NCBI GenBank assembly: GCA_043228905.1
Contig: JBHGNT010000013.1
Coordinates: 6,882,001 to 6,946,000, forward strand
Direction of reading: 5' to 3'
Length of the DNA: 64,000 nt
Source: Azolla caroliniana
Taxonomy: Eukaryota > Plantae > Polypodiophyta
Shown here: one piece after another, positions 13,610 through 25,874 of the stretch
Position numbering within the stretch: position 1 is the first letter of the stretch
Layout: each line of letters opens with the position of its first letter
The notes under the pieces: generated by a model
Told to the model about the DNA's origin: nothing
Database searches by the model: none
Seen by the model: the letters and a program-made list of their open reading frames with translations, nothing else
Translations under genes and position numbers: made by a program

Positions 13610-14688
13610 TCAGTCTTCCTCCAAAATATCGAGCACGCTTTGCTCGATAGTGTCAAGTGGTGCTTCTTCCTCCTGTTCTTGTTCCTTGCCTGCCTGGTCT
13701 CCGACCTCCTGTTGGGTAGGCTGTTCCGTAAAAATTTGCTGCTCCGGCTCTGCTTGATTCTGTGGTGCCGGTGCTTCCTCACCGCTTTGTCCGGGTTCTT
13801 CCTGTTCTCCCTCCGTTCCTGGCTCTGTTCTGTTACCGGTGTCGCTTTCTCCGGTCTCGACTGGTCGACTCGATATGCCTCCTTCCTCTGCTCTGGTGTC
13901 TTCCGGTCTCAGCTCTTCTTCTTCTCCGGCATCGGTCTGCTCCTGCTCTTCTTCAAGTTCGTCTTCGGGTATTCCTCGTCGGGGTTGTTCGGTGTCGGTT
14001 GGTTCATCTTCAGCCGGTCGCTCTCCCTCACTTATCGTGATTGGCGTCGTTCTTCCCTTAGCTTCCTGTCGTAACCGGTCCTGCTCGTATCTCTCCAACT
14101 CCAACTGAGTTGCGAGCTGCCCGTCATCCAACCTCTCTACCAACCCTCAGATTTCTTTGAGGTGTTCTTCTGCTAAAGTGTAGAAATCCTCCGACAATTC
14201 TTCCCGAATGGCGACGATACTTTCTTCATCCATCTTGTAGAACCTGTCACCGGTCTTCCTCCGATTCTCGGCATCCGCTCGGAGTGTCTGCAGCTCGGCT
14301 GCCTGTTGTGACCACTCCTTCCATAGCTTTTCTGTACTTTCGTTGATGCTTGCCTGAGCTCGGGTACTCCATCCTAACATGATGAGCTTGATCCGGTCAA
14401 CCCCTGCCTTAGCATGCGCATAAGCTTCCTGCTTTTCCTTCCTTACGCGTTTTATAATGTCGGCCATTATCTGAGCCTGGGCCTCGTAATCTGCTTTCTG
14501 CTTTTCATAGGTACTCTGCAGTTTGCGATCCCCGTGAGCGCCTGCACCGCTCCTTCCGTGACTTCTGATATATCGATCGATGCTGCCGCCTGCTCTGGTT
14601 CTGCGTGTGGTGGAGCGTCGGCGATCCGCAGCAATCCTTTTAACCCGTTCTCCCTCATCCATTGGCGTGCCTCTTCCGATAGTACCAT
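13610..14688 (-). pseudogene. Extra ORF2 of element A, internally deleted (about 1.75 kb, junction near 14525) with a premature stop
   Basis: N-terminus LSEEARQWMRENGLKGLL..APPH and C-terminus AAELQTLRADAENRRK..EELSEDF..LAEEHL align with ORF2 of element B (47907-50585). Confidence 0.85.
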
Positions 14689-15174
14689 TGTTCCGAATTC
14701 TTCGTCTGCTGCCTGTTGTTCGGGATCGCGCTGTGTGTGCTCTGTGCGTCGGGTCGCTCTTCTGTGCTTCTGCGCCTGTATGTAGGAAAATTCGTAAAAA
14801 GTGAGCCCTTCGCAGGCCTGTGTCTTATATAGTGGGTTGTGCCTCGAGCCGCCCTTTTTCGTTTCCCGCGCATGTTCCTCTCCCGCCATAATTAGTATGT
14901 CCTTTCTTGTTTGCCGCGTGTGAGTGCCCACGTTCCATGCTTTAAATAGCAAGTCCGCGCACGTCCTTCTTTAATGCATGGCGCCTCTTCGTTGCATGGT
15001 GGCGCTCCCACCTCTTGTGATCTCCCCATCATTACGATGATTCGCGTCGATTTTGCCCATGTCATTTTTTATTTTATTTTATTTTATTTTATTTTATTTT
15101 TATTTTTATTTTTATTTTATTTATTTTATTTTATTTATTATTTATTATTTTTTTTCCCTTTTGCTTGGACCACG

Positions 15175-18100
15175 TCATTTGCTGGTCCCCCCCGATTTGT
15201 TCGGGTCGGTTCGTGTGGATACCGGATCCTTCTGTCGGTTTTCCGGGATAGTCTTCGTCAGTATCGGTGTCGGTTCTTCCTCGGTCCGAATATCTTCAGC
15301 AACGTCTGTCGGTGTCGGTTCTTCATCTTGCCGGATTTCCGGGTTTCGCTTGAACGGGTTGGCTGGCATATTTCCCTTATACGGCTCTAGCCGAAATCCA
15401 TTTGCCCACTTGCCGATGACATCTCCAGACAACGTGCCGAGCTGATACGACCCATTGTACTCCTTGGTGATCCAGAACGGTCCGGTCCATCGAAACCGCA
15501 ACTTTCCCGGCATGTTCCCCATCCGTGTCTGGAATAGTAGTACCGGTTTCCTGACTTCGAACTCCTTTTCATTGCCACGCCGGTGTCGGTCCACGAAGGC
15601 TTTTCTCCTCCTTTGCTCCAGTTCGAGTTGTAGTAAGCTGGCTATTCGGTTTTCCTCTAATTCCAACAACGTCGCCAGCCGGATTTGTTCGGAATCGTTC
15701 TCACTTAAGCGCTCCTTCACCTGAATCCGTAAGTTGGGGATCTGGAACTCTACCGGCATGACCGCTTCTAACCCGAATGCTAGTCGGAACGGGGTTGTCC
15801 GGATGCTGGTTTTGTACGTTGTTCGGTACGCCCATAGCGCGCTTTGCAATTTCGTATCCCAGTCGGTCCGGTTCTCGTTGACGATTTTTCGTAGGATGTT
15901 CTGCAAAGTTTTGTTCGTTGATTCCGCTAGTCCATTGGCTTGAGGGTAGTAGGGAGTACTCTTTTTATGTACCACCGCGTAAAATGACGTCAGGCTTTCT
16001 ACTACCTGCCCGAGAAAATGTCCTCCTTGGTCACTTATAAGCTCGATCGGGCATCCATACCGGCACCATATGCATTCGTACAGAAACTTTGCCGTGGACG
16101 CGGCCGTGTTGTCCCGTAAGGCCTTTGCTTCTACCCATTTGGTGCAATAGTCGGTCGCCACTATGACATACCGATTTCCGGTTCGCATTGCCGGTGGTTT
16201 GAAGGGACCGACAAAGTCCAACCCCCACTTTTGAAACGGTTCTAAGGGCAAGACCGGGTGGTGTGGCATCTGGGCCTGCTCTGTGGGTTGGCCCAGTCGT
16301 TGACACAAATCGCATTCTCTGCTATACTTCACGACATCTTTTAGGGTGGTCGGCCACCACAGTCCGCTCTGCCATATTTTCCGAGCGGTTGCGTTGCCGG
16401 CATAATGCCCGCCGGCAATTCCACAGTGGGCTTCCCTGAGGATTAGATCCTTCTCATCGCTCCGCACTGCTCGTCTCCAGATGCCATCTGCCCCCTTGTG
16501 ATAGAGGGTGTCTCCAACCAAGCAGAAATGTCTACTTCTTACTGCTACCCTTTTCCTTTCATCGCGGTCCATGTTCTCCGGGGGAACTCCGGTGCTCAGG
16601 AATTGGTGCATCTCAGTTAGCCATGTGTCTTCGTCGGCTACCGTTGTATCCGTTGCCGGTTTCGTCGTGATCCGGAACAATTCGGCGTCGGGAAACTCAT
16701 CCTGGACGCCGTCCCCTGCTTCTCCAGATTCAAGTCTGCTTAGATAGTCCGCTACCGCATGCTGCGCCCCGGGTCGGTGGAAAATGTTGAATTCAAATTC
16801 CTGTAGTAGCAGTGTCCACCGTGCAATTTTTCCCGTCAGGGATGCCTTCGAGACTAGGTAGAGTAGTGCCGAATGGTCGACATGGAAGGAAAACTTCCTT
16901 CCGAGCAGATAGTGCCTGTACTTTGTGACACTATACACCATTCCCAATGCCTCGCGTTCCGTCATAGAGTAATTCCGTTCGGCTTTTGAGAGTTTCCGGC
17001 TTGCGTAGTACACCGGTCGGTACCATTTCGGCTCTGTGAGTTGCATTAGAACGTTGCCGATTGCTACGTCCGACGCGTCGACGAAGACGTGAAAGCTTTT
17101 ACTCCAATCCGGCGGTTGCACCACCGAAGCTTGCGACAACATAACCTTCAACGCTTTGTAGGATTCCTCCTCCGTCTCTGCCCATAGGAAGGGTACCCTA
17201 TGCACGGCGTATGTAATGGTGTAGCGAAGTCCGCGAGGTGCCGTATCATCCGGCTATGCCACCTTATTTGGCCCAGGAACCGGCTTAAAGCCTTTGCGTT
17301 ACTTGGTGCTGGTGCATCGAGAATCGCCTTGACTTTATCCGGATCTACCGCGATTCCTTCCTTACTCACCACGTGCCCTAGCAAGTTGCCGCTTGCCACT
17401 CCAAAGACGCATTTGGCCGGATTCAGGCTCAATCGGTACTCGCGGCACTTCTCCAAGCACAGCCGGAGGTGATCGAGATGCTCTCCGTGCCGGCTGTAGA
17501 CCGCGAAATCGTCAAGGAAGACCTGCATAAAACCGGGGATATATTCCCCGAAAATTTCCATTATTATCCTTTGAAAGGTCGCTGGAGCCATCTTTAGTCC
17601 GAACATCATCACGACCGCGACGAACACTCCCCATTCCGTCACGAACACTGTCTTCTCTTGGTTGGCCGGGTTCATTCGTATTTGGTTGTAGCCGCTAAAT
17701 CCATCCAGGAAGCTGTAAACTTCATGCCCGGCTACCGCATCTAACACCCCGTCCGTAAATGGTAGTGGAAACGCATCGGTCACTGTTGCGGCATTTAGTT
17801 TTCGGTAGTCCACGCATACCCGGATTTTGCCGTTCTTTTTCGGGACCACCACTATTGGACTTAGCCAGGTTGCCTGCTTGACCGGTCGGATAAATCCGAC
17901 CCGGAGGAGCTTATCAATTTCCTCCTTCACCTTTGCCGCATAATTCGGATTCATCCGGTACCTGCGTTGAGCAATCGGTTTCGCGTCCGTACTTAGGTGA
18001 ATTTGGTGCTGATAGAGCTGGGGGTCCAGCCCTCGCATGTCTTCGTACGACCACGCGAACACATCCTTGAAGTCTGTTAACAATGCTACCATTGCCTTAT

Positions 18101-21050
18101 TTTCTTCCTTCGGCAATTCCTTTGCAACATTTACCGGTCGGGGCTTGTCTGCTGTGCCGAGGTCCACCTCCTCGAGTTGGGATGCTTTTACCCTCTGGGA
18201 TATCGTCATTTCCCTCTCTAGGGATTCCTGCGCTTGTCGCAGTTCCCGGATCGCCGCTTGGTCCGGTTCTTCCGGCGTCGTAATGTACGGTTCTACTGCC
18301 GCCGTGATATCCACCTCAAATAGTGGGACGATTTGTGGGTGTTCCTCGAGGTACCGCTCGACTTCCTCGTCCGGTAATCCCTCCAACATGTTAATGCTTT
18401 CCGCATACAATGGAGTTGCTTCCTTACTGGTGATCACCCGTGGTTGCGTCGTTACTCGTACCTTTGTTTTCCCTCGCTGGAATGTGATCATGTTCTTTTG
18501 CCAGTTCTGCTTGATATGCGCCGTTCGCAGCCATGGTCGTCCTAGCAGTAGGGGGTACGCGCCTTGTACGTTCAGCTGCAGCACCACGGCCGATATCCGG
18601 AATACGTGGCCTCCGATCGTTATTTCCAAGTCCCGGATAAGCCCGGTTGGTCGGACTGAGCTAGTTTCCGCCATGCGTAACCAGAAGGGGCATGGTTCCC
18701 ATTCCCGGATGCCCAGGTCGTTGCATGTCTGTTGGCTGATGACATTTACCCCGGAGCCTCCGTCAATAATCGTTCCAGCAATTTCCTTTCCTTTCACGAT
18801 TGCCGTGATCGTCGGGCTACTTGTATCGACCACCGCTGGTCCTTCCTCCGGGTTGGAGAAGAATGCCGGTGCTGGCGTCGGCTTTGGTTTGCTGACGGAT
18901 GCCTGTAGGTCTGCCATAAATCGTGGCACTAACTGTAGTAGTCGTGCTAACGGCAGCACGATTTGACAGTCCTGTAGCGCTTGCCACGTCGGGTTTTCTC
19001 CTGGCTGTATGATTTCTTCGTCTTTTGGCATATTTTGGTCTCTTACTTCTGCCGCATTCTGTTCATTGGCCTCCTTGATCCATTGTGTCGCTTGTTTTCT
19101 GATTGCCTCCTGGGCTTCCCACTCGGCGGTCTTTCCCTTTGACCGGGTTGTGACCTGCTGTACCTCTGTTATTTCGGCTGTAACCATGTTGACTTCCGGC
19201 TGCTTGTCATAGCTTTTGCTTGGGCATTGGTTACTATAGTGGCCTTCCTTGCGGCAGTAATAATAGTACACCTTGTGACTGTTGCTCGTTTCTGCTTTGT
19301 CCCCGGTTTGGAGGGTGGTTATGCTCCGGCGGTCGTCTTCAGTTTTTCGGTTATCCGGTACCGATACCGGGTTGTCATTCCTTGCTGCCTCCCGACATTC
19401 CTCTCTTCGGAAAAATCCACGCTTCTGATTCCGTCGGAAATTTCGGTTCCCTTGTCGCCTCTCTTCTCTGCGTCGGTCGTATTCCGGGGCTTCGTTTCGG
19501 TCGTACCGGTCCCGGGGGTAGCTATCTTTGCGTCTCTCCTCTCGGTCATAGTTGTCGCGTCTTGTATCAGCGTATCCTTGTCGCCTCTCTTCTCTGCGTC
19601 GGTCGTCTTCCGGGGATTCGTCTCTGTCGTACCGGTCCCAGGGGTAGCTATCTCTGCGTCTCTCCTCTCGGTCATAGTTGTCGTGTCTTCTATCAGCGTA
19701 TCTGTTACCGCGTTCGCGTTGGTAGCGGTCGTCTCTCCGGAATCGATCCTCGTCCGGGTTCTGATTGCGTGGTTTTATGTGTCGAACCGGTGCTGCCTGC
19801 CGATTTAACAGGTTATATTCGCATCGGTCCGTTGTATGGGCTCGAGAGTTGCAGATCACACATTGTGTCCGCAGGGTGCAGTCCACTGTTGAGTGCCCCG
19901 AATTTAGGCATGTTGTGCATTGTAAGGCCTGTCGGAACCTCAGGTCTTCCTCCTTTGGGAGTGCCCGGTGTAACATCCCCATCGACAAGAAGGGGCTAGT
20001 CTTGTCCATTTCTAAAACCCGATCAATAACTTGGTCCATTGCGCTGGTTTGGAAATCAAGGACTCCACACATTGTTCGAAGTGGCTCTTTCAGTGCGGCC
20101 AGGAAGACTGCTTTGGCTTCGTCTTCGGGTGGTGCTCTTGTCAGTTGGCTGTGCAGGGTCTGGAACCGAATGATGAATTGTGGCATAGTCTCGTTCTCTT
20201 CCTGCCGGGTGGTGTAGAACTGCCCGACCAATTCCCTTTGCTCAAATTGTCTGTGAAAAAACCTGAGGAATCTGGCCCTCAAGGCATCGAATGTGGCAAA
20301 GGTGCCTGGTAAGTGCTTTGCGTGCCATTGGGCCGCCGGTCCTTCTAAGGTTATGCCGAATTCGGCGATTTTGGATCGTTCGGCTTTGGGCTCCGTCAGT
20401 CTTTGGGAGACATGGTTGGCTTCCCATGTTTGGACGAATGCGTACACGTGTGCCTCCGCGTCGGCCTCATCCCGGTACTTCGGGTATGGGTACGGCATCG
20501 TGTCGTCCAACTGACTCTCCTGTTTCCTCCGCTCTCTGTCCGCTGTTGGCGTTGGTGTGAGAACCTTTGGTTCCTCCGCGGGTGTTGCCGGTGTCCGGTC
20601 CGTTGGTTCCTCCGCGGGTGTTGTCGGTATCCGCTCAGCCTTCCTCGGCGGTTGCCGGTCACCGAATTCCAGGGTTATTTCTTCCTCTGGCGCCGGTGTT
20701 ACTGAGTCATCCGACCCCTCGTCCTCCCGGTCATTTGGTGTGTCGTGGCTGCTTTTATACCGGGATGCAACGCTTCCGTCGCTTTCCGACTCCGCCTCAA
20801 GTGTTGCGAATGCTTCTGAGTCCCCGTCGCCCGCGGCGAGCGTCTGCAGTATCGTTTCCGCCTCTTGCAGGCTTGTTATGCTACTGCCTTCGTCGGGGAT
20901 TTGCAGAACCCGGAACTGCAGTGCTTCTTCTGCGACTCTCCGAAGAGTTTTGGAGAATGACCGATCCCGCCGGATCTCGTCGACGGCTTGCTGCAGGGCT
21001 TCCCGTCGTTGCTCGCGTTCGGTGATGTGGTCGTCGTTTGGTCTAGACAT
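15175..21050 (-). pseudogene. gag-pol of element A (one frameshift near 17205)
   Basis: Zinc knuckles, protease IIDGGSG, RT VFLDD, RNase H VDASD..EREAL..VDH..ADYLSR, integrase HHCC and WGLDFVGP. Collinear with 41648-47512. Confidence 0.93.
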
Positions 21051-21871
21051 CCATCCCCCGGTTGTCCTCTGCACTTTGCAGGAATCGTGGTCGCCAAAAT
21101 AGTGTTGTCTGTCTGGCCGGACTAGCCTCAACACAGGTGTCTATCCGACACTTCTCCAAAGGGGTGGTAAGGATTGGATGCTAGGTTACACGCATAAGAT
21201 GATTACAATTAAGCACGGACGGCAAACAATACGAGATACAGATAAATACGCAATAATTACTATTGTATTACTTCCGTCAAAACACTTTACAAATCATCGG
21301 ATCCTTTTATAGGCATCCGGCAAGGTTACAATCGGTGCGCTTAGGCAACCGACATCCGAATCGGTTCGGATCCGGATCGGTACAACTGTACCGAATCCGT
21401 CCCTCCGAATAATAATTCTACTATTATTTACTTCCTATTATCCGATCCGATTCCACCTTCCCACTTGTCCTTGCTCTTCTGACCGGCCAACAAGAAGAAG
21501 TGGGGAAGGTTGATCGAGAACTACCCAAACACCAAAGAAGGGTTCAAGCATTAAAGAGAATTTGTGAAATGGTGAGTGAGAGGAGTGTCTTGACCAACAT
21601 CATCATGGGAGAACCTTAAGTGAAGACCCTAAAAGAAGAGTTAAAGGAAAGGATAAATGAGAGAGATGAATAGATAAATGTCTTTCCTATCATCCTTGGG
21701 GTCAAATACGTATGTATGTGGCTAGAAGTGAAGCATTTTTACAAAGTATGTATGGATTTGAGTAGCGACCCTTGATATTCAATCTTATTTCTACTAATGA
21801 ATTTTGCAATTGATATAACATATTGTGATTGTTGAAGGACAGGGAGTGGATTGGATTGATAATATGTGGAG

Positions 21872-24800
21872 TGTTGGCATAAAAGCTCGACTCCTTCCAA
21901 TTTGTATCCGTCCTAGTGTGAACTCGTTCACATAGTTAGGGCTTAGTATATAAGCAATAGCCTAAAGTTGTAAATTAGAGAGAGATAAACATTGTATCAA
22001 GTCTCTGAGAGAGAGAGAGAGAGAGAGAGAACTTAATAAAGCTTTCCATTAAAGCTCGTTTCTGTGTAAGTCTCTGCCTTCGTCCCTTTTTGTGTTGTTT
22101 TCCGAGTACGCAAACATGTTCTCATACGCTTCTACATATGCACACACCTACCAAACCTTCTAAATTTGGTATCAGAGCGACCTTGCTGTTCGGCAACAAC
22201 AGACAACGGAAAAAGCTCAAAAGAAAAAGACGAGGTCAATAAAAATCTCACTTTTCATAGAAGAATATGGCTTCAACATCCGGAATAGGTGTTGAAATCA
22301 TAAAGTTCAATGACAAAAAATTTGCACTTTGGAAGGAGATGATGCAAGATGTTCTGATCATCAGAAGATAAGTCGAAGCTATTCGACACAACGAAAAACC
22401 CACTTCGATGATAGCTGAAGAGTGGAAATCGATGGACGAAATTGCACGCTCCACCATCCAAATGCATCTGGCCGAAAACGTCTACTTCAGGATGGCAAAA
22501 TAGATGACAAAGTTCTCACTATGGGAGAAGTTACAAGCTGTGTACGAGAAGAAGTCCTCATCTTCGAAACTGATTTTGATCAAACAGCTTTTCAACATAA
22601 AGATGAGAGAAACCAATTCGGCTACCTCCCACATCAACACCTTCAACCGAGTGTTGTCAAAACTCTCCTCACAAGGGATCAACTTCGAAGAAGAAGGTAA
22701 AGCCCCTGCCCTCCTATCGACCTTGCCAATGAGTTGGGAGGTATTCTACATGACATACGCCAATAGTCGACCGATCCTAAATCTGAATGAGACGATTGGC
22801 CAAGTCCTCACCGAGGACATTCAGCCAAAATCGATGGGACTTACCGTCAATGAATCGGCAAAAGCCCATCACTCGACCGAGTCGTTCGATCGACATAGTT
22901 GTACGAGAGAATAAGCCGACAGAATCGGTCGGAATGCCAACCGATCAAAAATGAGGGGAGACTTACAGCGGTCAAAGTCGAGAATGATCAGGCGAATTCT
23001 ACACACATTGCAGAAAAGTTGGTCACAATGTTTCCGATTGCTGGTCAATCAAGAGGAAAGAGAATGGTCATTGATCCGAGTGAGATCGAGGTAGACCTGA
23101 TTCGGACCACTCTCCAACTGGCAACCAAATCAACTACATCAACTACACTGATGCAAGTGAACCAAGCACATATGAAGAAGCTATGACAGCACCATACGCC
23201 AAAACATGGCTACAAGCCATGAAATCCGAAATGGACTCAATTCACCAGAATCAAACTTGGGAGTTGGTTGAACTACTAGCTTGAAGAAAGCCGCTACCTT
23301 GCAAATGGTTATTCCAATACAAGTATGTATTCGACTCAGAAAAACCCAAGTACAAAGCTTAGCTTGTCACGAAAGGGTTCAAGCAAGAACATGGGGTTGA
23401 CTACGATGAGATATTCTCACCAGTAGTCAAGATGACCACCCTCCGACTCCTACTAGGATTTGTAGCGACAGAAGATCTTGAGCTTGAGCATATGGACGTA
23501 AAGACGACATTCCTAGATGGAGATCTAGAAGAAGACATCTACATGTCTCAACCGACAGGCTTCTCGGCGACAGGGGAGGAAAGACACCTCGTATGTCGAT
23601 TAAAGAAAAGTCTATATGGCTTGAAACAAGTGCCGAGGATGTGGTACCAAAAGTTTGACTCTTACATTAGGCAACTTGGATACCACATAACTAATTCCGA
23701 CCCATGTATGTATGTTCGGCAACTGACCGACGAGTCCAGGATCTATCTGGTCCTATATGTTGACGACATGCTGATTGCAGGAAGCAACCAAGTAGAGATT
23801 GGAAAGTTGAAGTGGAGCCTTCATGACAAGTTTGCGATGAAGGAACTCGGACAAGCCTAACACATGTTAGGCATGAGGATCGAGCGAAATCGGACGACCA
23901 AGACTCTCCGACTCTCCCAGTCTGACTATATTCGGAAGGACCTGAAGCGCTTCAACATGGAGAATGCGAAGCTAACACCAACACCACTTCCGACGTTGAT
24001 CCGACTATCGGACAAAGACTCTCCTTCAACGGACAAGGAGAGAGAGCTTAATGGAAAGATTCCCTACGCATCGGTCGTAGGAAGTATCATGTATGCAATG
24101 GTGGCGACCCGACCCGACCCGACCTAGCCTATGCCGTAGGGGTGGTCAACCGGTACATGTCAAACCCACGACGGAAGCATTGGGAGGTTGTCAAGCACAT
24201 CTTCAGGTACCTGAGAGGGACCGAAGATACACAACTGACTTTTGATTTGACAACCTCAACCGAAGTTGAAGGCTACACCAATTCCGACTATGCTGGAAAT
24301 ACAGATAATCGGAAATCGACATCAGCCTACATCTTCACATATGGTGGTGGTGCAATATCATGGAAGTCGAAACTTCAAGAGTGCATGGTTCTGTCTACCA
24401 TAGAATTTGAGTACATAGCAGCATCAGAAGCAGCAAAGGAAGCGATCTGGTTGCACCGATTGTCTGCTAACTTCTCAGATACAAGCAGAAACGACCGGCT
24501 ATCGCCAACCATCCATTGTGACTCACAAAGCGCAATACACCTCATCAACAATCCCGTCTACAATGCAAAGACGAAACATATTGAGGTGCGGTATCATCAC
24601 ATCCGTGAGCTCGTAACCAAGAAGAAGCTCGAAGTCTGGAAAATCGACACCGAGATGAACATCGCCGATTGCCTGACGAAGCCACTCTCAGATCTACATT
24701 TCGCAGCACTAAGGACGAAGATGGGACTATGACAAGCGACCGAGCAGAAGAAAGCCGAACAAGGGACAATAGGTAAGACCTAATCAGAACAACTATATCT

Positions 24801-25230
24801 ACACTTACTATACCTCTGCAGACTCGGCTGCATGCCGACTGACTTGTAATGTAAATTTAGGATAATCTTGTAATCTAGATTTATGAGGGAGATAAACCCA
24901 AACATTTGTATATGCAAGAAAGAGTAGTCCTTTTAGGGGGAAGTTTGTTGGCATAAAAGCTTGACTCCTTCCAAATTGTATCCGTCCTAGTGTGAACTTG
25001 TCCACATAGTTAGGGCTCAGTATATAAGCAATAACCTAACATTGTAAAGTAGAGAGAGATACACATTGTATCAAGTCTCTGTGTGTGTGAGAGAGAATGT
25101 AATAAAGCTTTCCATTAAAGCTCGTTTCTGTGTAAGTCTCCGCCTTCCTCCCTTTTTGTGTTGTTTTCGGAGTACGCAAACAGGTTCTCATATGCTTCCG
25201 CATACGCACACACCTACCAGACCTTCTACA
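21872..25230 (+). mobile_element. Ty1/copia #2, internally deleted (no protease or integrase): LTRs 21872-22164 and 24946-25230
   Basis: TSD TGGAG/TGGAG, PBS 22167-22178, PPT AGGGGGAAG 24935-24943. Gag is joined directly to RT (SEPSTYEEA..., YVDDM) and RNase H (KHIEVRYH); multiple stops. Confidence 0.95.
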
Positions 25231-25874
25231 TGGAGGTCAAACTTGAACCTGGTTTAATACAATGCATTGTATCAAAATGTCATCATTCCAAACTTGTTTA
25301 GGGAAAATTATGCATAGTTGATGAGTTTTCTCACTTGTACCCCACCCTCTACTTCACAGTAAAGAAAATGTGAACAAATGGATAGTCTCTAAGATGTATC
25401 AATGAGTGTGGTTTCCCTATTTAGAGAAGATGATGGTTTTGTAGCTTGGCACAACATATATAATATAAAAAATAGCAAGTGAGATGTGAGCCACTATATT
25501 TTTCCAAACCATGATAGTGGTGTTGCAAAAATGACTCATTTACAGTGGACTCTATATTTATGCATCATGAAACAAGTCTGATGCACTTCAGATAATATGT
25601 GTTTCACTTTTAGAAAGTGATCAAGAGTACAGAGGAACAGAGGAACAGAGGCGCTGACAACAGAGGGAGGATCAAACGATGACAATAGAGTCATTGAACA
25701 ACGACTCGGTTGTGAGGAGGGATGGCAATAGAGTGATTTTCGAACAACGACTCGGTTGCTTCAGAGCCTGCACGAACATCATCCCCAAACCTTCTGGACA
25801 ACAATGGGACATAGGTATGTCATGAACATCTATTTAATCGCATTGATGTTGAAACAAAACAAGAAATACAAGGG

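Larger units (their letters stand above)
13176..21492 (-). mobile_element. Non-chromovirus Ty3/gypsy element A (Athila/Tat-related): 5' LTR 21103-21492, 3' LTR 13176-13559, PBS 21086-21096
   Basis: The LTRs differ by about 3 substitutions and 1 indel. PBS TGGCGACCACG lies 6 nt after the LTR. Order is gag-PR-RT-RH-INT, with no chromodomain and no TSD. Confidence 0.95.

Noticed and set aside
13560-13612. A true tRNA gene or SINE
   Set aside because: Only T-arm and acceptor 3' sequence with encoded CCA; no D-arm, anticodon arm or A box visible.
18037-21102. Long antisense ORFs opposite gag-pol (also within 42075-50636)
   Set aside because: Shadow frames of GC-rich coding sequence with no recognisable domains.
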